The notes under the pieces are model-generated. The model saw nothing but the letters and a program-made list of their open reading frames with translations. It had not been told where the DNA came from and searched no databases. The translations under genes were made by a program, and so were the position numbers. From assembly GCA_965205865.1 (NCBI GenBank), contig CBDBHR010000026.1, forward strand, positions 243,204 to 307,203: a stretch of DNA of 64,000 bases. The letters run 5' to 3'. Origin of the DNA: a bacterium. Lineage in GTDB: Bacteria > SAR324 > NAC60-12. This document shows, in pieces, positions 54,903 to 64,000 of this stretch (position 1 is its first letter; each line of letters starts with the position of its first letter).

Positions 54903-55880
54903 TCACGATTTCCCCTTTTCAGGAAGGATTGCTTTATTCACAACCAATTCGGGATCGATAGAACCGTCCAGACCTGCCAGCACGTTTTGTACGGTGACAA
55001 CACCCATAGCAATCAGCGAATTCTCTGTGAGTGCGGCTGAATGGGGACTGAGCACAATCCTTTCCTCAGTCGCGATCGATGCGCCTGTCGGCAAAGGTTC
55101 CTTTTCAAAAGTATCAAGACCAGCGCCATAGAGACGTCCTGTTTGAACTCGTCTCAACAAAGCACTCTCATCTATCAGACCACCGCGAGCCAAATTCAAA
55201 ACAATAGCGCCCTCCGGCAAAAGGTCCAATTGCCTGGCGCCAATGAGGTGCCGCGTTTCCGGGAGGAGTGGAACATGCAAGCTCAAAAAATTTGCCTGTG
55301 GGAGCCCCTCCTCCGGAGACTCAACAAAGCTCACACCGGGAAATTGATTTCCATCGACGTATGGATCAAATGCAAGAATTCGTAAACCAAAGGCACGTGC
55401 TCTTGCGGCGACAAGCTGTCCAATCCGCCCAAATCCGACAATGAATAGCGTGAGTCCCAGTAATTCGATTCCTAAAACACGAGAACGTGCCGCAAAATCA
55501 CCCCGGCGTACGGCCTGGTCCAACAGAATTCCAGATTTGGCGGCAGCAAGCATCAGAAACATCGTCTGCTCAGCCACGGAAACCGAATTGACTGCCCCAA
55601 CAACGGTTACCAGGATTTTACGCTTGGTACAGTAGTCTACGGGAATGTTGTCAAAACCGACCCCATGACGGGAAATCACCTTGAGCTTTGGGGCATTTTC
55701 AAGGACTTCGACGGACAATGGAGCATCGCGAATCGTGATCCCATCCGCGTCACCAATATGTTTGAGAAGATTGGAGAGTGAGAAATCCGTTATGAATTCG
55801 TATGTGATGTCTTTACGACTATCTAAAAGCCGAAATGCTTCCGGCCTTAATGGTTGAATGATCAGTATTTTCTTCGTCAT
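54903..55880 (-). CDS. D-2-hydroxyacid dehydrogenase (SerA-like)
   Basis: RHGVGFDNI, GFGRIG, LNLARGGL, SPHSA. Confidence 0.9.
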   Translation of the reverse strand: MTKKILIIQPLRPEAFRLLDSRKDITYEFITDFSLSNLLKHIGDADGITIRDAPLSVEVLENAPKLKVISRHGVGFDNIPVDYCTKRKILVTVVGAVNSVSVAEQTMFLMLAAAKSGILLDQAVRRGDFAARSRVLGIELLGLTLFIVGFGRIGQLVAARARAFGLRILAFDPYVDGNQFPGVSFVESPEEGLPQANFLSLHVPLLPETRHLIGARQLDLLPEGAIVLNLARGGLIDESALLRRVQTGRLYGAGLDTFEKEPLPTGASIATEERIVLSPHSAALTENSLIAMGVVTVQNVLAGLDGSIDPELVVNKAILPEKGKS

Positions 55881-55975
55881 GGCACATCCGGCTAAAACCC
55901 TATTTAACCTGAGTTCGAGATAAGAATTTAATAAATTCAATATGTTATGGAATCTTCATATCTTAGAGAAACCTA

Positions 55976-56001
55976 GTCATTCCTGCGAAAGCAGGAATCC
56001 A
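55976..56001. repeat. Short REP-like palindrome
   Basis: GTCATTCCTGCGAAAGCAGGAATCCA. Confidence 0.6.
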
Positions 56002-56191
56002 CGTCCTTGAAATGCCTATAAACAGTCCGTTTCAGATGTCGGCGCATGAAAGCGAGAGGATTGAAACCAGCATAGCAACAGTGGCCGATATCGAGGCAAA
56101 TCTCAAGAATATCTTCATCAATTTTTGTTGAGAGTGGATCAGTGGCTGCCGGAATGAAAGCGGAATTGTCGAGAGTAGTATATTCAATGGA

Positions 56192-57334
56192 TCATAAATC
56201 GTCCAATTCCAAATGAATGTCTGCCGTATGAACGTCATCGATTTTTTCCACGCGCAGACGTGCTTTTCTGGCGATATTTTGTACTTCAAAAACGCGCAGG
56301 CGTGGATCGACCACGATTTCAATTTGCACGCTCAGTCGTTCTTGCAGGAAATGGCAAAGGATATGCGAGATGCCTTTGATTTCGGGAATGTGCTGGAGAT
56401 TTTGTCGGATATCGGTCTCTATTTCAGTTTGGGGGCGCATCAGCGCCGGATGGGACTCATCAATATCTTCTTCTGCATCAATATGCACCAGTACTTCATT
56501 CACCTGGGGGTTTTGTTCCAGAAGAACCATGCGCACCCGTTCTCCGATTTGGTGGGCCGCAGAAACACTCAGGCGGGCGTCGACTTGCACGTGAAGATCC
56601 ACAAGCACAGAAGAGCCCATGCGACGTGAGCGCAAATCGTGATATTTTTCTACCCCTTCGATTTGATTCAATGCCTGTTTCAATGCTGGCAAAAGGCCCT
56701 CCTCTACCGCTTCATCGCTCAATTCCTTGACGCTGTTATAGCCGATCGTTAATCCGGTTTTGATGATCCATCCTGCCACCAGGATACCGGCAATGGGATC
56801 CAAAACGGGAAATCCCCATTGCGCCCCTCCGATACCAATCAAAGCCACTACCGAAGAGATAGCATCCGAGCGATGATGCCAGGCATTGGCAATCAACATA
56901 CGGGAATGGTTGCGTTTGCCAATATGTGAGGTGACTTGATAAAGCGCTTCTTTGAGAAGAATGGAAACAATGGCCACTCCCAGGGCAAGATTGCCTGGAA
57001 TTTCTCGATGCTCTACTTTCTCAAAAGCATGAATGGCAATGCCAATTCCGGTGGCAATCAGCATCAATGCCAGAAACAATGCGCCAATGGTCTCAAACTT
57101 GCCATGGCCGTATGGATGGTTTTTATCTTTGGGAGTTTGTGCCATACGCAACGCCCAAAGGGCTACAATATCGGTGAGGACATCTGAAAACGAATGACCC
57201 GCATCCGCAATCATGGCGGCTGAATTTGAAAAGATGCCCGCAACCGCTTTGAGCAGGGCAAGCGCAACATTGGTCAGCAAACCCACCCATGTCACATAGA
57301 GGGGTTGATTGGCAGTTGCAGGAATCATGAACAT
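56192..57334 (-). CDS. Cation diffusion facilitator with duplicated C-terminal domain
   Basis: DAGHSFSD, HPYGHGKFE, AWHHRSD; two ...VH(I/L) tails. Confidence 0.92.
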   Translation of the reverse strand: MFMIPATANQPLYVTWVGLLTNVALALLKAVAGIFSNSAAMIADAGHSFSDVLTDIVALWALRMAQTPKDKNHPYGHGKFETIGALFLALMLIATGIGIAIHAFEKVEHREIPGNLALGVAIVSILLKEALYQVTSHIGKRNHSRMLIANAWHHRSDAISSVVALIGIGGAQWGFPVLDPIAGILVAGWIIKTGLTIGYNSVKELSDEAVEEGLLPALKQALNQIEGVEKYHDLRSRRMGSSVLVDLHVQVDARLSVSAAHQIGERVRMVLLEQNPQVNEVLVHIDAEEDIDESHPALMRPQTEIETDIRQNLQHIPEIKGISHILCHFLQERLSVQIEIVVDPRLRVFEVQNIARKARLRVEKIDDVHTADIHLELDDL

Positions 57335-57341
57335 CCGCAGT

Positions 57342-58154
57342 TTAATTGGGAACGAGGGTAGTGGCTGGTCGAGGCACGGAAAGTTGGTGCTGTTCGATCA
57401 ATTGAGTGGCAGTGAGCCGATCTTCAATTGCAATCATGGGATCATACGGGGTTTCGATGGCAAACATCTGTTGCAGAACTCGAGAGGCTTCCTGTTTGCG
57501 TCCCAATTCCAACAAATGCCGGCTCAAATAGAGGAAATGGGTGGTGTAGTCGGGTTGGTATTGGGTTGCCAAATAAAAATATTCAATCCCTTTCAATTTA
57601 TCACCTCCCAGCCACCAGGGAACTTTGAAATACCAAGTACCTAAAATAAGATGAGAATATGGATTGTGGGGATCCAATTGCAAGACGATTTCCATTTCTT
57701 CTTTGACGGGAAAAACATAATACCACGCTCTCCACAAGCCAACAAGCAAAATATAGTGACCGTAGCTCAGGCCTAAAACAAGATGGGCATCAATACTTTG
57801 GGGATCCAGATCCACCGCTTTTTCCGCATACTCGATACCTTTTTTCATCAATTCGGATTTAATGGCCGGGTCTGGTTCAGCGCGTGAAACCCCATACATG
57901 GCTCGAGATAACCGCCAATAGACTTCCTCCTGGTTCGCTTTCAATTTCAAAGCTTGGTGGTAGTATTTCAGAGCTATTTTGGAGTTGCCCGGGATTTCAC
58001 GGGAATAATAAAACTGGTCTCCCAATTTGATAGAGAGTTGGTATTGTTCTTCTTGGTGAGCAGGAATCTCCGCAACTTGGCTCATGAGCGGCCGAGGCCA
58101 TGAAAGAGACAGGCTGCCAAGAGCGCAGAGTAGAAAAAAAAGGAATGGTCGCAT
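57342..58154 (-). CDS. Secreted TPR-like helical-repeat protein
   Basis: Signal peptide; AEKAVDLDP, LQLDP repeats. Confidence 0.7.
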   Translation of the reverse strand: MRPFLFFLLCALGSLSLSWPRPLMSQVAEIPAHQEEQYQLSIKLGDQFYYSREIPGNSKIALKYYHQALKLKANQEEVYWRLSRAMYGVSRAEPDPAIKSELMKKGIEYAEKAVDLDPQSIDAHLVLGLSYGHYILLVGLWRAWYYVFPVKEEMEIVLQLDPHNPYSHLILGTWYFKVPWWLGGDKLKGIEYFYLATQYQPDYTTHFLYLSRHLLELGRKQEASRVLQQMFAIETPYDPMIAIEDRLTATQLIEQHQLSVPRPATTLVPN

Positions 58155-58207
58155 TTTATGGAAAATCTATTTATCCGTATCGTTATTGAAGCAGGCCGCA
58201 AAAAGGG

Positions 58208-61200
58208 TCAGTTCGCAAGCTTGAGCAAAGGACTGATAAAACGAGCGGTGTGACTGGCTGCGCAATAAATAACATCTTCGAGGTTTCCGGCATAAACGAT
58301 CTGTCCACCATTATCACCCCCTTCGGGTCCAAGGTCAATTATATAATCAGCAGTTTTGATCACGTCGAGATTATGTTCGATGACGATTACCGTATTGCCT
58401 TCCCGGACAAGTCGATGCAGGATATGAAGCAGGCGCGCGATGTCATCGATATGAAGTCCGGTGGTCGGCTCATCCAGAATATAGAGGGTCTCACCGGTAG
58501 AGCGTTTTACTAACTCCGCAGACAGTTTAACGCGTTGGGATTCTCCGCCAGAAAGCGTGTTGCCCGGTTGTCCCAATTTGATGTAGCCCAATCCCACCTC
58601 TTGCAATGTTTTGCAGGTTCGCAAAATTCTGGGTTGATGCTTAAAAAGTTCAACGGCCCGATTGACTTCCATATTCAACACGTCGGCAATGGAATGTCCT
58701 CGAAAAGTGACCCTCAGCGTTTCCCGCTTATAGCGCTTCCCTTTGCATTCGTCACAATCGATCCAGACATCCGAAAGAAAGTGCATTTCAATCTGATTTT
58801 TTCCTTGTCCTTCGCAGGCGGGACAGCGACCTTCAATCGCATTGAAGGAGAAACGTCGTTTTGTAAATCCACGGGTTTTGGCTTCCGGCAGGTGAGCGAA
58901 CAAATCTCTGAGAGGATCCATCAACTTTGTGTAAGTTGCCGGATTGGAGCGCGGCGATTTTCCAATTGGTTCCTGGTCGATGACCACCAAATTGTCAATA
59001 TACTGCAAGCCTGTGATTTTATCATGCTCACCCGGAGAGATCCGGCGCATGTTCCATTTTTTCTGGAGAGATTTTTGGAGAATCTCGATGACGAGGGATG
59101 ATTTCCCGGAACCGGACACTCCCGTCACCACGGTAAAGGCGCCCACTGGAAAGGAGACGTCAATGTTTTTCAAGTTGTTTTCCCGGGCGCCATGGACCGT
59201 TAAGAACTTTGCTCGACCCGTCACGTCTAAAACCGGAGGACGCCTGTTCAATGGCAGTGGGATTGATTTGCTGCCTTTGAGATATTGACCGGTCAGAGAG
59301 GTTTTGGAACGAGCAAGTTGTTGGGGAGAACCGTATTGGACCACTTCGCCACCATAATGACCTGCTCCCGGCCCGATATCGATGATGTGATCCGCAGCGC
59401 GCATAGTGTCCAGATCGTGTTCCACTAGAATGACTGTGTTTCCCAGGTCGCGCAGTCGGCGCAAGGTATCCAGAAGCCGACTCGTGTCTCGAGGATGCAA
59501 GCCAATCGTCGGTTCGTCCAGTACATACATCACTCCCATCAATCCGGAACCGATTTGGGAGGCTAATCGAATGCGTTGCGTCTCTCCTCCCGAAAGGGTG
59601 GAAGCAGCTTGATTCAGAGAGAGATAATCCAAACCAACGTTCACCAGAAAACTCAAGCGCGCAGTAATTTCCCGTAGAGCTTGTTCGGCCACGATTTGTT
59701 GATTCTCGCTCAGTTTCCAGCGTTCCGTTTCCGCAAGGGCCTCCCTGACGTTTGAATGGCAAAATTGAATGATATTTCGATTGTTTATTCTCACGGCACG
59801 ATATTCCGGCTTGAGACGTTCGCCTTCGCAGCCGGAGCAGGGGGCCGGCGCCAACTGATTTCTCCAAGCATGGCAGGGAGACAGGGAGACCCCCAAACCG
59901 TCACAAGCAGGGCAGGCTCCCACATGGGAATTGAAAGAGAACATGCGCGGTGTCAGCGCTTCCTCCTGGTAATAATCGCAGGAAACGCATCCTGGATGCT
60001 CAGATAGTAACAATGTGGCATTGTTTTGATCGGGAAGCAGGAGTTTGAGCAGTCCATGCCCTTTTTGATAGGCCGTTTCTATCGCTTCAGCAAAACGTTT
60101 TTGATCCGATTTTTGGATTTTTACCCGGTCAATCACCAAATCTACGACGCTCTTGGAGGTTAAGGGAAGCTTGGGATGGACTCGTTCCCACTCATCGAGA
60201 TGAATGACGGTGTTGTTGACGTAAAGCCGAACAAATCCTTCAGTCCGTAAATTAGAAACGATGTGTTTCAAATGAGAGGGATTATCCAGCAAGAGAATTT
60301 TAGGAGATTTGGGTCGGAAAAGGGGAGCTAAAAGAATAAGGCGTTGTTGATCGAATTTTTCTACAAGGAACTGGGCGGCTCGTGTTGGAGTATAATCTTG
60401 CAGGGGCTGGTCACAGCGTGGACAGTAAGACTTGCCAATCCTGGCATACAAGAGGCGTAGATAGTCATAAATTTCCGTTGTCGTGGCCACGGTGGAACGT
60501 GGATTGCGGCTCGCTGTTTTCTGGTTGATGGCAATAGCCGGAGCGAGACCGTCGATGAAATCGACAGGGGCTTTCTCGACTCGCCCCAAAAAGCGCCTGG
60601 CATAGGTGGAAAGCGATTCCAAATAGCGGGCTTGTCCTTCCGCGAATATCGTATCAAAGGCCAAGCTGGTTTTTCCGGAGCCGGATACTCCAGTGATCAC
60701 CGTCATCTTATTGACGGGAAGGGTGACGTTGAGATGTTTTAAATTATTTTTGGAAGCCCCCTTGATAACAATATTCCGTTCTCCCGCATCTGCCTGTTTA
60801 TTCGCTTTGATTTTACTTTTGCAGTTATTCTGCAGATTCTTCGGATTCCATGCCATTTCTTCCTTGAGCGCCGGTTGCAGAAATTTCCCCGTGAGCGACT
60901 GCCGGTTTTTTGCCACTGTTTCGGGAGTGCCATGGCAAACCTGAAGGCCTCCATATTTACCTCCTCCCGGCCCCAATTCAATCAAGTAATCGGCCACCTT
61001 GAGCACATCGAGATTGTGTTCAATGACGATGACGGTATTGCCCTGGTCGATCAAACGGTTGAGACAAGCCAGTAAAAAGCGTATATCTTGAAAATGAAGG
61101 CCGGTGGTGGGTTCGTCCAGGATATAAAGGGTTTTTCCAGTGGATTTCTTGCGCAATTCCGCAGCCAGTTTCACCCGTTGCGCTTCTCCTCCGGAAAGAG

Positions 61201-63688
61201 TGGTGGAAGGTTGTCCCAAGTGGACATAACTCAATCCGACGTCTTTGAGCGTTTGCAGAACGCGCGCAAGTGGAGGAATGGCCGCAAAAAAGTCAAAAGC
61301 TTCCTGGACTGTCATTTCCAAGACGTCATAAATCGTTTTACCTTTGTAGTAAATTTGCAAGGTTTTCGCTGTTGAAACGCTTCCCCTGGCAAGTGTCACA
61401 AGGAATCCGCACATCACTCAGAAACTGCATTTCAATGGTTTGGATGCCTGCGCCATGACAATCCTCACAACGACCTCCTTTCACGTTGAAGGAAAAACGC
61501 CCGGGTTTGTACCCCCGTGATTTCGATTCGGGAACGGAGGCAAAGAGTTTACGGATTTCATCAAAAGCTTTGGTATAAGTAGCAGGATTACTGCGGGGCG
61601 TCCGTCCAATCGGAGACTGGTTGATTTCGATCACCCGATCAATCTGTTGCAATCCGGTGATTTTTTTATGACGTCCCGGAATTTCAGCACTGCCATGTAA
61701 GTGTTGGGATAGTGCTTTTTTCAGAATTCCATCTATCAAAGAAGATTTTCCGGAACCCGAGACTCCTGCAATGCTGACAAATACTCCCAAGGGGATTTTG
61801 ACGGTAATATTCCGCAAATTATTCAAAGCCGCTTCATGAATGGTCAGACAGGCTCCATTGAGAGAGCGTCGTTTGACAGGGACTGGTATTTTTTCGCGAC
61901 GCGCCAGAAAATGTCCCGTGATGGAATCAGCGGCTTGGATCAAGGAATTCAAATTTCCTTGGGCGGTAACGTATCCCCCTTTTTTTCCTGCGGTGGGACC
62001 GATATCAATCAGATGGTCGGCTGAAGTGATGGTTTCTTCATCATGTTCGACAACAAAAACCGTATTTCCCCGGTCTCGTAAAATTTTGAGGGTATGAATC
62101 AATTTTTTATTGTCGCTTTGATGCAGACCTATGGAGGGCTCATCCAGAACATAGAGCACCCCTTGCAAACCGGAGCCCACCTGAGACGCCAAACGGATGC
62201 GCTGCCCTTCGCCTCCGGAAAGCGTCGCGGCAGAGCGATTGAGGCTGAGGTAGCCTACTCCCACATCATTCAAAAACTTGAGCCTACTTCTGATTTCTCG
62301 GAAAATATCCCGACCGATTTGTTGCTCTTTCGCATCGACCTGCAGTTGTTCGAAAAATTCCAGGTTTTCTTCAATCGACATCAAAGAAATAGTTTCGATG
62401 GTCTGTCCGTGAAATCGGACTGCAAGCGCTGTAGGATTCAAACGATGGCCAGTGCATTGCGGGCAGAGGAGTTGGTCCTGATATTTTTCAAGAGCACTTT
62501 TCACAAATTTGTTGACATATTCTAAAATAGGGATGACTCCCGGCCATTGTTTTTGATTTTTCAACCGTTTGCGCAACGCGTATCCGTGGCGGAATACATT
62601 GGAAATGGCGAGAGGTACCGGCCCATTCCCCTGGAGGATCAACTCGCGTTGCGTTGAGGAGAGTTGCTCCCAAGGAAGGGACGGGTCAATTCGGAATAGT
62701 TTGAAGAGAAGATTGAAATGGGATTGGTCAATACGGGTGAACATGATGTTTCCCTTTTCGGTCACGCATTTGAGGGCGCCGTCGTTCAACGCTTTCTCCG
62801 GATCACATAATTTTTCTTCTCTGAAAAAAGTAATGCTGCCGAGACCTTTGCAACGGGGACAAGCCCCTTGAGGGGCATTGAAAGAAAAAAGGCGGGGTTC
62901 CATTTCCGGAATGGCAATCTGGCAACGGGGACAGGCCATCAGTTGGCTGAATAAATGATCTTCATTTTTATAATGAACGATGACCAATCCCTCGGTAAGA
63001 TGCAATGCCCGTTCGACTCCTTCGACAAACCGGCTTTTTTCTGCAGGAACCAAGGTCATCCGGTCGATCACCAAATTGATAGAATGCTTTTCGTAGCGGG
63101 CCAATTTGATCGCATCATCCAGCCTCCGGATTTCCCCGTCGATCTGCGCACGGAGGAAACCCTCTCTGAACCATTCCTCCAACTCACGCCGGTATTCTCC
63201 TTTTCTTTCTTTGACCATGGGCGCCAAAATCAAACATGGCTCATTCAAAGCTTCCATATAGGCATGGTCTGTGATCTGATCGGCGGTTTGAGACGTGATC
63301 TCAATGCCACATTGGGGACAGTGTGGCTTACCGAGTCGAGCGAAAAGGAGTCGGAAATGGTCATAAATTTCAGTGATGGTCCCCACCGTGGAGCGTGGAT
63401 TACGGTTGACTGTTTTTTGATCAACCGAAATGGTGGGACTGAGCCCTTCAATATGTTCTACTTTTGGTTTTTCGCTTTGACCCAAAAATTGACGGGCATA
63501 GGAAGAAAGGGACTCGACGAAACGACGCTGTCCTTCTTTAAAGATGGTGTCAAATGCCAAGGATGATTTTCCGGAGCCGCTCACTCCCGTGAAAACGGTC
63601 AACGTGTCTCGTGGAATGGTCAAACTGATATTTTTGAGGTTGTGCTCATTGGCGCCTACAATGACAATTTCTCCGGGTTGTTTTTCAT
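58208..63688 (-). CDS. uvrA: Double-length excinuclease ABC subunit A (four ABC modules), two homopolymer indels
   Basis: Four GVSGSGK Walker A and four LSGGE signatures; indels at ~61363 and ~63683. Confidence 0.9.
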
Positions 63689-63721
63689 GAGAACGGCAAA
63701 ATCAGGAAAAAGTGAGCGGTT

Positions 63722-64000
63722 TCAGGAAGAGACGGAAGGATCTACCAGTACCAAATGATCCCGGTTAATGACGGCTTTTTTGCTGAGAGAACGTCCATGC
63801 TGGCTCGAGGTGGAGCGCTGTTTGCTGTTATCAGATTTTTGATATTGGAGAATTTGTTGTTTTAGTTCTTCGGATGGAAGATTGATCCGTCCCACGCCTA
63901 TTTTAACATCCGCCTCGTTATAGATGGTGACCAGATCTTTAATTTGAAAATTTCCGGAGACTTCAGTGATTCCTGCTGCCAGCAAACTCTTTTTATTTTG
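63722..64000 (-). CDS. proB: Glutamate 5-kinase C-terminal PUA domain (5' outside window)
   Basis: SLLAAGITEVSGNF..KDLV.I, AVINRDHLV. Confidence 0.75.
   Translation of the reverse strand, partial: QNKKSLLAAGITEVSGNFQIKDLVTIYNEADVKIGVGRINLPSEELKQQILQYQKSDNSKQRSTSSQHGRSLSKKAVINRDHLVLVDPSVSS

Overview
Bacterial chromosomal window. About 1-56,000 is a large, partly decayed accessory island. It holds a repeated array of family-5 (Dpp/Opp-type) ABC substrate-binding protein (SBP)-dppB-dppC cassettes: five near-complete SBPs and several internally deleted remnants, with no ATPase genes. Catabolic cargo lies between them (FAH-family hydrolases, family III CoA-transferase, phosphatase, hydroxyacid dehydrogenase, and PhyH and acyl-CoA ligase fragments), along with about ten toxin-antitoxin loci, IS remnants, many REP/MITE-like palindromes, one complete group II intron and two intron remnants. 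About 56,200-64,000 is core genome (CDF transporter, helical-repeat protein, double-length uvrA, 3' end of proB). Most notable: (i) the group II intron is inserted precisely in a dispersed palindromic repeat that has empty copies in the same window, with a matching EBS1; (ii) a recent cassette duplication in which only the SBP has diverged; (iii) SBP genes preceded by duplicated promoter segments and stacked, hairpin-bearing RBS-ATG modules. Single-base homopolymer indels also hit uvrA, so many frameshifts may be sequencing errors. All assignments are by eye, without database searches.
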